A DNA stretch of 63,803 nucleotides, filler included, from Octopus bimaculoides (GCF_001194135.2; 6 parts of 5 records of this genome joined end to end with filler, not necessarily neighbours in it), one strand, 5' to 3'; numbered from the whole stretch's first letter, positions 27,700 to 41,032 are shown. Made by a program: numbers and translations. The notes: a model not told the origin generated them from the sequence alone.

Positions 27700-28654
27700 N
27701 NNNNNNNNNNNNNNNNNNNNNNNNNNNNNNNNNNNNNNNNNNNNNNNNNNNNNNNNNNNNNNNNNNNNNNNNNNNNNNNNNNNNNNNNNNNNNNNNNNNN
27801 NNNNNNNNNNNNNNNNNNNNNNNNNNNNNNNNNNNNNNNNNNNNNNNNNNNNNNNNNNNNNNNNNNNNNNNNNNNNNNNNNNNNNNNNNNNNNNNNNNNN
27901 NNNNNNNNNNNNNNNNNNNNNNNNNNNNNNNNNNNNNNNNNNNNNNNNNNNNNNNNNNNNNNNNNNNNNNNNNNNNNNNNNNNNNNNNNNNNNNNNNNNN
28001 NNNNNNNNNNNNNNNNNNNNNNNNNNNNNNNNNNNNNNNNNNNNNNNNNNNNNNNNNNNNNNNNNNNNNNNNNNNNNNNNNNNNNNNNNNNNNNNNNNNN
28101 NNNNNNNNNNNNNNNNNNNNNNNNNNNNNNNNNNNNNNNNNNNNNNNNNNNNNNNNNNNNNNNNNNNNNNNNNNNNNNNNNNTTGATGGTTTATAAGCAT
28201 TTCTCTCATATAAGGTCTAGCTAAGATTTTTTATATTTGCTCTCTGATTGTGAAAATAGACGCGTTGCGAGCCAAATTTTAAATGCTAAATTTTAGATTT
28301 AAATTTTTATTCACCTAAGGAAAACGTTTTTTTCATGATGTAATTGATTTGTTCATCAATCAAAATCACATATAATTACAGTAGAAACATCCCAGCACCC
28401 ACAGTCATAACTAACATGCACAGAAAACCTCACACCACTGAATACACATCCACTCATAACAGCAGAAACAACTCACCCCCTTCACACCTATAACTAGCAC
28501 ATACTGAATATACACATTCACCCATTACAGTATAAACAACCCAACACATTCAGAGCCATAAATAGTCTACATGGAGTACCCAAATACAGTAATAAACAGC
28601 ATACACGATACATCTGGTTATGTGTGTATATATATATAAATGCATATGAATCTA

Positions 28655-28694
<40 letters not shown>

Positions 28695-29752
28695 CACACA
28701 CACACACACACATGTATATATATATATATATATTTGAAATTTGCAGGAAAACAAAAGATGAAGACAGGTGTATGAACAATAAGCTGGTGTATTAATTTGA
28801 TGCTTGGGAAAGTGAGAAAGTCTTTTACACTTTGAGCCTACACTCTTCAATAGAGAGGAATAAGAAAAATTAAACAGACAGAGAATTAAAAAATAGTGTG
28901 GATTTAGCAATCAAGCATGGTGACTGGTTGGGAGAAAAGGTTTGACAGGAGAGATAATAAAGTATTAGTGATCCCAAAACGTAGGTGCACATGCATATGT
29001 GTGTATGTGAGAATGTGTAAGTGTGTGTGTGGGTAAGGGCTAGTGATTTTGATGTATAAGGATGTGTGCATGTGTGTCAGTAATGCATGGGTGTGTGGGT
29101 GTGCGAATGATGGTGTGTGGGTGTGCAAATGATGGTGTGTGGGTGTGTAGATGATGGTGTGTGATGTGGATGCTGGGAAGTGGTCAGTGCTAGTGTGTGT
29201 GGAGTGGTGTGATGTGGTGTAGTTGTATAGTGGTGTAGGAGATGTAGGGTAGGGGTGGGTCGAGGGGCGGAGGTTGGTCGAGGGGCGGAGGTTGGTCGAG
29301 GGGTGGAGGTTGGTCAAGGAGTAGAGGTGAGTCAAGGGGGTGGATTGAGGGGGTGGAAATGGAGGTGGGCAGAGTGGGTNNNNNNNNNNTGGGAAGTGGT
29401 CAGTGCTAGTGTGTGTGGAGTGGTGTGATGTGGTGTAGTTGTATAGTGGTGTAGGAGATGTAGGGTAGGGGTGGGTCGAGGGGCGGAGGTTGGTCGAGGG
29501 GCGGAGGTTGGTCGAGGGGTGGAGGTTGGTCAAGGAGTAGAGGTGAGTCAAGGGGGTGGATTGAGGGGGTGGAAATGGAGGTGGGCAGAGTGGGTATCAA
29601 TGAAGAGAGAAAGTAGGTGTCAGATGAAGAGAGGAGAGGAGTCAGATATATTGATATATAAATACATATGTATATACATGTGTATGTCTGTCTATCATCA
29701 TTATCAATTAACATATATTGATATATAAATACATATGTATATACATGTGTAT

Positions 29753-32700
29753 ATCATCATTTAACATGCTTTGTCCACGCTGGTATGGGTTGGATGGTTT
29801 GACTGAGGACTGGCAAGCCAGGAGGCTGTGTCAGGCTCCAATCTTATCTGGCAAGGTTTCTACAGCTGAATGCCCTTCCCAACACCAACCACTCCATGAG
29901 TATAGTGGTGCTTCTTACATGCCATCAGCATGGGAGCCAGTCAGGTAGCACTGGCATCAACCACATTTGGATTGTGCTTTTTATGTGCCATCAGCGCAGG
30001 AGCCAGTTGAGGGACACTGGCATTGGCCACAATTATGTTTTCCATTTTGATTCTGATTTTACTTGACTCAATAGGTCTTCTCAAGCTCAGCGCATTGCCT
30101 GACAATTCAAAGGTACTTTTAAATGGGCTTTTTATGCAACACTGGTACTGGCCATGCCTGTGATTTCACTTTACTTGCTGGGTCATTGGCCACAATTTGA
30201 TTTCACTTGACTCAACAAGTCTTCTCAAATGCAGCGTATTGCCTGATGATTCAAGGGCACTTTTAAATGGGCTGGTTATATGACACTGGTATCGGCCATG
30301 GCTGTGATCTCTCTTTACTTGCTAGGTCCTCTCAATCACTGCACATCATCAAAGTTCTCAGTCTCCTGTCATTGCCTCTGTGAGGCCCAACATTCAAAGG
30401 TCGTGCTTCACCACCTCACACCATGTCTTCCTAGGTCTACCTCTTCCATGGGTTCCTTCCACTGTTAGAGTGTGACACTTCTTCACACAGATCTCCTCAT
30501 CCATACACAGCACATGACCATACCAGTGCATTTGTTTCTTTTATACATCACATCTGATGCTTCTTATGTCCAACATTTCTCTCAGGGCGCTTAAACTCTG
30601 TTGTGTATGCACACTTACGTTACACATCCAGCGGATCATACTAGCTTCATTTCTTACAAGCCTTAGTATGTCCTCAACAGTCATGGCCCATGTTTCACTG
30701 TCATGTAGCATGGGTGTTCACACACATGCATCATACAGTCTACCTTCACTCTGAGCAAGAGGCTCTCTATTACCAGCAGAGGTAGGAGCTTTCTGAACTT
30801 TTCCCAGGCTATTCTTCTTCTAGTGGTTATGCTCTCAGAGCAACCTCCCCCACTACAGACTTAGTCACCTAGGTAGCAGAAGCTATCAACTACTTCTAGT
30901 TTCTCCCTGGCATGTGATGGAATCTGTTTTCTGTATACCTTCGGTGTTGATTGTTCCTGTGCATCTAACACACACAAAAACTATCTTCCCAGTTAACCTT
31001 CCTTTGATATTGCTGCACCTCTTATGTGTCCATAGCTTACACTGGGTACATGTTATAGAGTTTCTACCTACCCCTTTTCTACAGATTGAGCAGGTCCAAG
31101 GGGTTTGTGATTTGTTTGCCTTTCTACTTACTAGGACTTTGGTTTTTGCTAGATTGGCTCTAATGCCCTTCGATTCTAGACCTTGCTTTCACACTTGAAA
31201 CTTCATATCTAGTTCTGGTAATGACTCAGCTATTAGAGCAAGGTCATCAGCATAGAGGAGCTCCCAGGGGCAGCCTGTCTTGAATTCCTCTGATATTTCC
31301 CAGAGGACTATGATGAATAAGACGGGGCTGAGGACTGATTCTTGGTGAACCCCTACTTCTATCCGGAATTCTTCACTATACTCATTGCCAACCCTCATAT
31401 TACTGACAGCATCATTGTACAACTCTTACCAACCACTTGTCTATCCCTAGTTTCCACACTGACATCCAGATAAGGGATTGGGGTACCCTGTTAAGGGCTT
31501 TCACCAAGTCAACAAAAGCCAAGTACAAAGGTTTATCTTTGGCTTGGTATTTTTCCTGAAGTTGCCTTACCAGAAATATAGCATCAGTGGTGCTTCTACC
31601 TGGCACAAAACCAAACTACATCTCATCTAGGCTAATTCTCTCCCTAATTAGTTGGGCTGGGACCCTCTCCATGATCTTCATCAACTGATCCAGCAATTTG
31701 ATACCCCTGCAGTTATTTCTACCTAAAGCATCACCTTTTCCTTTGTAGCAGTTGACTATGGTGCTGCTACACCAGTCATTGGGTATGACTCCTTCATGAA
31801 CCACCTGATTTACAATACCAGTGACTAGACTATAACCCACACCACCAGATACTTTAAGCATCTCAGTGGTGATTCCTGATGGGGCGGGGGCTTTCCTTGT
31901 ATTCATATCCTTAATTGCTTTATCTACCAGGGTACTGTCAATTTGGGTAGCCTCAGTTGGGTCAACATTTGGCAGACTCTCCTCCTCCTATTCATTCTCC
32001 ACATTCAGCAGTCTTTCATAAAGGCATCTCCAAGCCTCTTTCTTTGTAGAATCATTAAATGCATATGCACAATCATCCATGTGGACACATTTCTCTCCTA
32101 TGTCATCACAATTTTCTCTCACACACTGTTATGCAATCTGAAATACTTCAGTTCTTTGGTCCCCACGTTGCTGAACATTGGCAAACTTCTTTTCTGCTTC
32201 TCCCTTGGCTATATATACCTGGCTCCTAGCCTCCCTTCTGGCTATCTGATACAGTTCGCTGCTACCCCCACTCTTCCAGGTTTTCCAAGCTTGTTTGTTT
32301 GCGCTAATGGCCCTGTCTACAGTATTATTCAACCACCACATTACCCTAGGTCTGGAAGGAACTTTGCACTAGCCACAGATTTGGTATGTGGCATTGAGTA
32401 AGCTGTCACACAGGAATTTCCAGTTGCCCTCTATGTCACAAATCTGTAGATCTTCATCACTCTCATCAAATTTCTCAATGAGGATGTCCCTAAACCTCTG
32501 ACCATGTGAGGACTTCACAAGCTTCCAAATCCTTCTTTTCTGGATTGGTCTGCTTCTTAGCCTCCTTCTGGTCTCAAGTCTAAAATCACTAATAACTAGT
32601 CTATGCTGGTTGGTACATTCTTCACCAGGGAGGGTCTTTGTATTTAAGAGCAACCAAGCTATCCACTGTCTGGTGAGAATGAAATTAATCTGAATAGCAG

Positions 32701-33040
32701 AGTCACCTGACTGATAGGTTATCAGGTGGCTGGCTGGCTTCCTGAAGTTGGTGTTGCAGATTAATAGGTTGCTTGCATCACAGAGTTCCAGTAGCCTAGT
32801 TCCCTCTTCGTTTTGAGAACCAATTCTATGGCCCCTATGGTATCTTCAATGGTGTTCCATGGAAGATACTAGATTTCTGTCCGACATACCCATTAAAATC
32901 TCCAGCCACAAACATGAGGTCATTGTCGCTTATCTTTGAGGTAGCCTGTAGAAGGATATCATAAAAGTGGTCTTTCTGTTCATTTGGTAGGCCCACTTGT
33001 GGGGCATAGGGAGAGATAATTGTAGCTATACTATTCCGCA
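29753..33040 (-). mobile_element. 5'-truncated, degenerate RTE-clade LINE (APE-RT) with a (GAT)n tail
   Basis: APE: ISPYAPQVG, VAGDFNGYVG, QHRLVISDF; RT: KAPAPSGIT, MPGRSTTDAIF, AFVDLVKALNRVP, VGVHQESVLSPVLF, LYADDLAL; frameshifts and stops; 3' UTR with internal subrepeats. Confidence 0.92.
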
Positions 33041-33757
33041 AGACTAGTGTTATGTATATCTATAATATAATGAAGGGAGAGAACTTACAATATTTTCTGA
33101 AGGTGGCAAGACAAACATTTGTCAAAGACCTTTTGGCAGAAGTGAAATGATATAGGTATGTGTGTATATATANNNNNNNNNNNNNNNNNNNNNNNNNNNN
33201 NNNNNNNNNNNNNNNNNNNNNNNNNNNNNNNNNNNNNNNNNNNNNNNNATATATACATACATATACAGAAAGTGAGCAAGCGACAAGACAGGTAATCTCG
33301 TTTACTTCCTGTTAAAAAGGGGAGTTGAGAAGACAGCGGGAGCTTGGCGTGGATGGTACAAAATATGAGAAGGAGCTGCATATAGTTCGGACCATTCACC
33401 ACCTACCTTTGAACAATTGAATACTGGACATGAAATTCTTTGGGTATTATACCTGTTGTTACATAATCTCAATCTTTGAACATTAATTCCCTGTTTGAAC
33501 AATTTCTGTTGTTGCGATCAGAAGTTTACTCCTTTTATACATAAGTAATTGCCTGATCGTAATACTCGTCCAGGATCCTACAAACACATTATAAAACAAC
33601 TCTGCTATTCACCTATGAACTGATCAAATTGAGTTAAAAAAAAAATACAAAAAGAAAAAAAAGTTATATACAAAATTTCCACTGCTGAAATACATATACT
33701 ACCTGCATAATTTTGTATCAACATTTGAAATTCGTATTGTGAAATCAGTTTTTAAAT

Positions 33758-36093
33758 ATGGAGTTTAAGGTTGAAGAATTTATTGAATTTTCCAGGGTGG
33801 AGCAATTAAGGATTTTTAAAAAATCAGAATTGTTGTTATTGGCCAAGCATTACGGTCTGGATGAGACTAAGTCTACCATGAAAAAGAAAGAGATTTTCAA
33901 AGTGGTTTTGGAACATTTAGTTGATGAAGAAATTTTCGAAGATTCGGCTTTATCATTGTTGAAACCAGAGAAAACAGAAGAGTTTGAGTTGAGGAAATTA
34001 GAATTAGAATTTCAAAAAGCAATAAGGGAAATGGAAATTCAAAAAGAATTAAAATTGAAAGAAATGGAGTTACAGAGTAGAAAGTTGGACACTACTCGTG
34101 GTCAGACAGATTTCGATGTAGCGAAAATATTAGACTTGTGCCTCCATTTAGTGAAAAAGATGTTGATAAATTTTTCCTTCACTTTGAAAAGGTGGCAATA
34201 AATTTGAGATGGCCTGTGGAGCATTGGACAATGTTAATACAAAGTGTTTTAAAAGGCAGGGCTCAGGAAGTCTATTTGGCTTTACTGAACGAAGCAAGTT
34301 TGAGTTATGAGGTGGTCAAACAGGCTATTCTAAAAGCTTATGAACTGGTCCCTGAGGCAAATAGACAAAAATTTCGGTAGTCCAAGAAAAGAAGTGAGGA
34401 TACCTATGTAGAATTTGCTAGAGTGAAGGAAAATTTGATAGGTGGTGTGTGTCAAAAGAAGTTGGGGAAGATTTTCACAAATTGAAGCAGCTTATCTTAT
34501 TAGAGGAGTTCAGTGTGTTCATGTTGATATTAGGACTTATTTGGAAGAGCAGAGAGTAGAACAGTTACAAGAAGCAGCTAGTTTAGCAGAGGATTACTCT
34601 ATTACTCATAAGCATGAGTTCAAACTGTATGGTTGTTATCATCTGGATAATTTTGAGGTAAGTCAGACAAGTAAAATAATTTGTTCAGCTCGGTCGGGTT
34701 CGAATCCTAACAGGTCCAGTGGTTCCGAGTTAAGAAAGTCAACCAGTCCTTTTGTTTCTAAATCTGATTCAAATTTTCATTCAACAATTATTTGTAGATA
34801 TTGTNNNNNNNNNNNNNNNNNNNNNNNNNNNNNNNNNNNNNNNNNNNNNNNNNNNNNNNNNNNNNNNNNNNNNNNNNNNNNNNNNTATTGTTGGAAGGTA
34901 CTCTTCCTTTCTCAGAAGTGTTGTCTGCTAACTCTGATGTTTTATTAGAGGGTATTAGTGGAATTTCATGTTCACCTCTTAATTTTGTTGATTTGCAGTC
35001 AGATTTTGTGTCTGGTTTGGTGAAAGTTGGTGTTAATAAAACTCTCCCAGTTTCAGGTGTATACTTGCTTATTGGAAATGATTTAGCAGGGTCCAAGGTT
35101 TTGTCTGATCCACATGATACCATTGAGCCAAGCCCTTCTGAGAGCACTGAATCCCACTTGAACTTGCTAGACTATGTGTCTACTTTTTGAAACAGACTTT
35201 CCAAAGCTACTGAGGTTGCCAGAGAACATTTGAAGAAATCACATAACAAAAACTGTAAAGCTCAAAATTTCAGTCCTGGCGACAAGGTTTCGGTGTTACT
35301 ACCCATTCCTAGTCAACCATTTAAAGCCAAATATCATGGTCCATATTTGATTGAGAAGAAAGTCAGTGATACTAACTACATTGATCAAACTCCAGGCCGC
35401 TAAAAACAAAAATGGCTTTGCCACACAAACATGATTAAAAAGTATTATGATAGGTCTAAAAGTGTACCATCAAAAGTCATTGCTATTGCAAAATTCCCAG
35501 TTTCATCAAACAAAAAGGAACTTATGAGATTCCTAGGTATGGCTGGTTATTACAGAAAATTTTGTCCAAATTTCTCTGACGTTGTGGCACCTCTCACTAA
35601 TTTGTTGTAAAAGGGTGTCAAATTTGTTTGGAGTGACAATTGTCGGGCCACGTTTGAGAAAGTAAAAGCCATACTCATGAGTTCTTGAGTTTTGATAGCA
35701 CCAGATTTTGGAAAACCATTTAAGCTTGCTATTGATGCAAGTGATGCTGGTGTCGGTGGTGTTCTGTTTCAATCAGATGCAAAGGGTGTTGATCATCCTA
35801 TTTGTTATTACTCAACGAAATTTGACAAACACCAGAGAAATTATTCAACCATTGAGAAAGAAACCCTTGCTTTGTTATTGTCATTGCAACATTTTTACGT
35901 ATATTTGGGAACCACCAAGTATCCCATTGAATTGTTCAGTGACCACAATCTGCTGACATTTTTGCACAAGACGAAGAACAAAAATCAGAGATTAATGAGA
36001 TGAAGTTTATCTTTGCAAGAATTTAATCTCAATACTCAACATATTAGAGGTAAAGACAATGTCATTGCGGATGCACTATCTCAAGTCAGCTGA
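33758..36093 (+). mobile_element. Ty3/gypsy element of Gmr1-type organisation (gag, PR, IN C-terminus, RT connection, RNase H), with catalytic cores deleted
   Basis: gag PPFSEKDVDKFFLHFEKVA..W; LLIGNDLAGSKV; AKYHGPYLIEKK (IN GPY module) precedes ELMRFLGMAGYYRKF, IDASDAGVGGVL, RNYSTIEKE and GKDNVIADALS. Confidence 0.85.
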
Positions 36094-36683
36094 TTGTGAC
36101 AGGATGTTACATGTATTTGCATCACTTATGCAGTTCTCATAATTTGTCATCTAATCTTAATATATAAAGCTGAAGTTGTGTGTCTCTGTGAAACCTTTTT
36201 AAAAGTTTATAGAAATCCACATTTTCCACTTTTTCGTAAAATTTTTTACATCAATGGAATTTTCTCGATGTGAACTTTCCAGTGCAGTAATTAGATTTTT
36301 AAAATTCTGTTTACTTTGTGTGATTTAAGGGGGATTTGGCTGTTGTTTCTAGCAACTTTTATATTTCTTCCCTTCTACCTGGAACGCCGTTCTTACACAC
36401 GCGCTCAACATAAAAATATAGAGAGTAAGAGTAAAAGAGGGAGAAGGAGAGAGAGAGAGAGAGAGAAAGTGATACATACATAGTGATAGATTAAACTTTC
36501 ATCTCAGTATTTTTTACCTATTTTTCATAACATAGATACGTAAAAACACACACAACCACACATACTTAATCTGTGACAACAACATAAACATTGCTCACGT
36601 TATCTATTCCTTTCTTTCCCTCTTCCTCTCTTGCTCTCTCAAACGCAATCATTCACAAAAATATAACTCATGTTCATCAATGT

Positions 36684-36879
36684 GGCATAACTACAGAGTT
36701 GTACCCCGCCAACTTTGGAATGTCATAACTTTCAGGAAAATGAATATTTTTTTATGAAATTTCCGATGCATATATTATTTATTATGTAGATTTCGAATAT
36801 ACAAAAATTTTCGGTGAAAGTGTTTTGGGAGGGGGGTGAGGGACACTTTTCGGAAATTCCATTTAAATTCCTCTTAACT
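36684..36879 (+). mobile_element. Isolated Merlin TIR fragment
   Basis: GGCATAACTACAGAGTTGTACCC start; matches the reverse complement of 39632-39826. Confidence 0.8.
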
Positions 36880-36968
36880 GCTAAACACATACATGTGCAA
36901 GTACACAATCATTCAGTAAAATATAACTCATGTTCGTCAATGTTTTGTAAATATACCACGATTTTCAC

Positions 36969-37122
36969 TAGGGTGTTAGGGTTAGGGTTTTAGGGTCAGG
37001 GTTAGGGTTTAGGGTCAGGGTTAGGGTTTAGGGTTTTAGGGTCAGGGTTAGGGTTTAGGGTTACGGTTTTAGGGTTAGGGTTTAGGTTTAGTGTTAGGGT
37101 TAGGTTTAGGATTAGGGTTGGG
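36969..37122 (+). repeat. Interstitial degenerate telomere-like (TTAGGG)n
   Basis: TTAGGG, TTTAGGG and TCAGGG units. Confidence 0.92.
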
Positions 37123-37608
37123 TAATTGTGCGGGTGTTAATCAGAAAAATTACAGATATGTGAAAAGTACCAACCCTGCCATCTGTTATAACTTTTGTTG
37201 TTCTGTTTAATATATACATAGATTATGCCTTCAAAAAAGAGAGTTTGCTGGGGAAAGACAGCAACCGGTTTAAAATGACAGCAACAGACTGCAGCAATTC
37301 ACCACATTCCAGAAGCTACTTTGAACATAATGCAAAATAGTGCATCAACATCTTCTGCCCAATCTGATAGAATTCTGGCAGAACTGTGTAGCAACAGATC
37401 GCAACTTTTATATAAATATAAAATATATTTTATATTTATATAGCAACTTTTATATTTCTTCCCTTCTACCTGTAACGGCGTTCTTATACACATATATCAC
37501 GCGTTCTCTATTCCTTTTTCCCCCCTCTTCCTCTCTCCCTCTCTCAAGCGCATACACGTGCAAGTACACACAATCATTCAATAAAATATAAATCATGTTT
37601 GTCAATGT

Positions 37609-39826
37609 GGCATAACTACAGAGTTGTACCCACCGACTTTGGAAGGTCATAACTTTCAGAAAAATGAATATTTTTTAATGAAATTTTCTATGCAAATATT
37701 ATTTATTATGTAGATTCCGAATATACAAAAAATGTTGNNNNNNNNNNNNNNNNNNNNNNNNNNNNNNNNNNNNNNNNNNNNNNNNNNNNNNNNNNNNNNN
37801 NNNNNNNNNNNNNNNNNNNNNNNNNNNNNNNNNNNNNNNNNNNNNNNNNNNNNNNNNNNNNNNNNNNNNNNNNNNNNNNNNNNNNNNNNNNNNNNNNNNN
37901 NNNNNNNNNNNNNNNNNNNNNNNNNNNNNNNNNNNNNNNNNNNNNNNNNNNNNNNNNNNNNNNNNNNNNNNNNNNNNNNNNNNNNNNNNNNNNNNNNNNN
38001 NNNNNNNNNNNNNNNNNNNNNNNNNNNNNNNNNNNNNNNNNNNNNNNNNNNNNNNNNNNNNNNNNNNNNNNNNNNNNNNNNNNNNNNNNNNNNNNNNNNN
38101 NNNNNNNNNNNNNNNNNNNNNNNNNNNNNNNNNNNNNNNNNNNACTGCGGCCACAATTGTTCGTTTGTGAAATTTCCGCGACTTCAAGATGGGTATAGTT
38201 GGAAGTGCACTGCTCGACAGTGTCGAAAACGCTTTTCCATTAGAAAAGGATCGTTTTTCCAAAATATTAATTTATCTTTAAGAACAATACTGCTCTTTCT
38301 GTATTGGTGGTCCATTGATGAACCCTTGCAGAAAATCATGCATGAGCTAAAAACTGCGAGTTGGTCCACTGTGGTGGATTGGGCCAATTTATGCAGAGAT
38401 ATTCTGGCACAACACCTAATTGATAATCCATTAATGATTGGCGGCCCTGATGTCGTGGTTGCCATCGATGAGTCTAAATTTATGCACCAAAAGTATCGGC
38501 GGGGTGTGCACTACGATGGCACTTGGGTGTTGGGTGGAGTTGAATTGGACAATCCGACCAATTGCTTCTTATCTATATGCCCGGATAATAGCTGGTCCAT
38601 GGATTCCTTGGAATCCATTATCTGGCAACATGTCCGTCCAGGGAGCATCATTTTCCCAGATGAATGGGCATGTTATTGTAATTTGCAGCAGCAAGGGTTC
38701 CTGCATTTAACGGTAAACCACTCAGTTTCATTTGTTGATGAAGCCACAGGTGTACACACAAATCATGTAGAAGGAATGTGGGCGCATGCTAAATGCAAAT
38801 ATCAGCAACTTTATGGTATCTCATCTGAGTTGTTTCCCACGTATTTAATAGAATTTATGTGGCGGAAGAGGTACTCCACTCGACAATTTGAGCACCTCTT
38901 TGCTCAAATTGCTGAGCAATACACATTTTAAATACATATATACATAACATATTTTTTTTTAAACAAACATTCTTAACTAATACAAGATTTCACATAAGAT
39001 CACTGAAGAACACAAACATGTACTTAAACAGTGACTAAACTTATGTTATTTTGTTGGGATTAATCTACCTTTAAAGTGAAAAAAACAAAACCAACGTATA
39101 CGACAGGTATGTAAAATATATTTGTGTACTTTTTTCTCTGTTTATTCTTAATCTTCGTGTTTTTGCAAGATTGAAAAAAAAGTTTTGGAAAGCTAACATT
39201 TTAAAATTCTTGGGGAAGGGACAGAGTGCCTGCGCTGAGTCTGCTCTTTATAGTTTCTATATTTAACCGTGCGTGTATATTCCTATTTTTGCTTCTATTC
39301 TCTTCTACTTCTCTACTAGAAACGTTTACTTTGGAATTTACTTCTATTGAGAAAAAAAAAATTGTGTGCATGTTATTTTTAACGTAAGTTTTCTTATGGC
39401 AGCTTCTGTTCACTGCCTATTACTTTATTAGAAATCTAAGGATGCACATACGCACATAATAGAGAAAAATGAAACAAATATGGACAACTTGCTCTGAAAC
39501 ACCACCGAATGGGGAACACTTCTCAAAAATAACCTGCAGTTGTTTCCTTCAAAATTCCTACATGCTCGAAATGTACATACATCAAGGTATATTTGTAGAA
39601 AATTTCATGAAAAAATATTCATTTTCCTGGAAGTTAAGAGGAATTGAAGTGAAATTTCTGAAAATTGTCCCCCACCCCCTCCCAAAACACTTTCACCAAA
39701 AATTTTTGTATATTCGGAATCTACATAACAAATAATATATGCATAGAAAATTTCATTAAAAAAATATTCATTTTTCTGAAAGTTATGACCTTCAAAAGTC
39801 GATGGGTACAACTCTGTAGTTATGTC
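37609..39826 (+). mobile_element. Merlin (IS1595/ISXO2-like) DNA transposon
   Basis: TIRs starting GGCATAACTACAGAGTTGTACCC (right end has 1 mismatch in the terminal GG); TSD GTCAATGT 37601-37608 and ATCAATGT 39827-39834; transposase inside. Confidence 0.9.
38146..38931 (+). CDS. Merlin/IS1595-family DDE transposase (5' part lost in gap)
   Basis: 261 uninterrupted codons; motifs [49 protein letters not shown]. Confidence 0.88.
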   Translation, partial: CGHNCSFVKFPRLQDGYSWKCTARQCRKRFSIRKGSFFQNINLSLRTILLFLYWWSIDEPLQKIMHELKTASWSTVVDWANLCRDILAQHLIDNPLMIGGPDVVVAIDESKFMHQKYRRGVHYDGTWVLGGVELDNPTNCFLSICPDNSWSMDSLESIIWQHVRPGSIIFPDEWACYCNLQQQGFLHLTVNHSVSFVDEATGVHTNHVEGMWAHAKCKYQQLYGISSELFPTYLIEFMWRKRYSTRQFEHLFAQIAEQYTF

Positions 39827-39859
39827 ATCAATGTTTTGTAAATATACCACTATTTTCAC

Positions 39860-40037
39860 TAGGGTGTTAGGGTTGGGGTTTTAGGGTTACGGTTAAGGTT
39901 AGGATTTAGGGTTACGGTTAGGGTTAGGATTAGGGCTAGTGTTACGATTTTAGGGTCAGCGTTAAGGGGTTAGGGTTAGGGTTTAGGGTTAGTGTTAGGG
40001 TTAGGATTAGGTTTTGGGTTTTAGGATTAGGGTTGGG
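39860..40037 (+). repeat. Second interstitial (TTAGGG)n tract
   Basis: Degenerate TTAGGG units with the same flanks as 36969-37122. Confidence 0.92.
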
Positions 40038-40496
40038 TAATTGTGCGGGTGTTAATCGGAAAAATTATAGAAATGTGAAAACTACTTAGCCTGCCATCTA
40101 TTATAACTTTTGTTCTGTTTAATATATACATAGATTATGCATCCAAAGAAGAGAGCTTGCTGGGGAAAGAAAGCAACCGGTTTAAAAAGCCAGCATCAGA
40201 CTGCAGCAATTCACCACATTCCAGAAGCTACTTTGAACATAATGCAAAATGGTGCATCACAACATCTACTGCCCAATCTGATAGAATTCTGGCAGAACTG
40301 TGTAGCAACAGATCACCAGCAATTGCTTCATCACAAATTGCCGTCCTAGCTCCTGCTAAAAGGGATTACCCTGCTATGTATAATCAGAGCAGCGCAANNN
40401 NNNNNNNNNNNNNNNNNNNNNNNNNNNNNNNNNNNNNNNNNTTAATTAATTAANNNNNNNNNNNNNNNNNNNNNNNNNNNNNNNNNNNNNNNNNNN

Positions 40497-40729
40497 NGTT
40501 GTTGTTGTGGTGGTGGTGGTGGTGGTGGTGGTGGTGGTGTTGGTGGTGGTGGTTGATGTTATTTAATGGAGGTGGGTTGGGGAAGCCGTGTGGGAAGTAG
40601 GTGTTTTAATATTTTATTTATATTTTTTTTATTGATATTTCTTACAGTTTTATATATTCTTTCTGTGTTTTTATGTTTGCATTATGGCTGTTATCTAACA
40701 TTCTCAGCAACAACATCTTACAACCGTAC

Positions 40730-40760
<31 letters not shown>

Positions 40761-40790
40761 AACCACACCAATAATAACAGCAGCAACGAA

Positions 40791-40827
<37 letters not shown>

Positions 40828-40990
40828 CCAACTGCAGCAGCAACAACAACATAATAACAACAACAGTACTACAACAACGACAGCAACACAACAACAACAA
40901 CGACAACACAACAACACGACAACTACACTACAACATAACAACAACACCACTACCAACAACAACAGCAATAACCGTATCAGCAACAACTAG
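40497..40990. repeat. (GGT)n and (AAC)n microsatellites
   Basis: Direct. Confidence 0.9.
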
Positions 40991-41032
40991 AATCTTCTTC
41001 AATGAAAAACGTAAGCCTACCAACGCCTACAT

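Larger units (their letters stand above)
36150..40320 (+). mobile_element. Tandemly repeated host element (possible Helitron 5' region) carrying a (TTAGGG)n tract
   Basis: Starts A|TCTAATCTTAATATATAAAG; blocks 36354-36683/37443-37608 and 36936-37405/39827-40313 are direct repeats; ORF start M(P/H)(S/P)KKR.CWGK. Confidence 0.5.

Noticed and set aside
29174-29595. Perfect 206-bp tandem duplication containing G-rich 18-bp repeats
   Set aside because: Identical copies flank a 10-N gap, typical of an unmerged contig overlap
36969-40037. Chromosome end or fusion site
   Set aside because: Both TTAGGG tracts are short, degenerate, same-orientation and share element flanks
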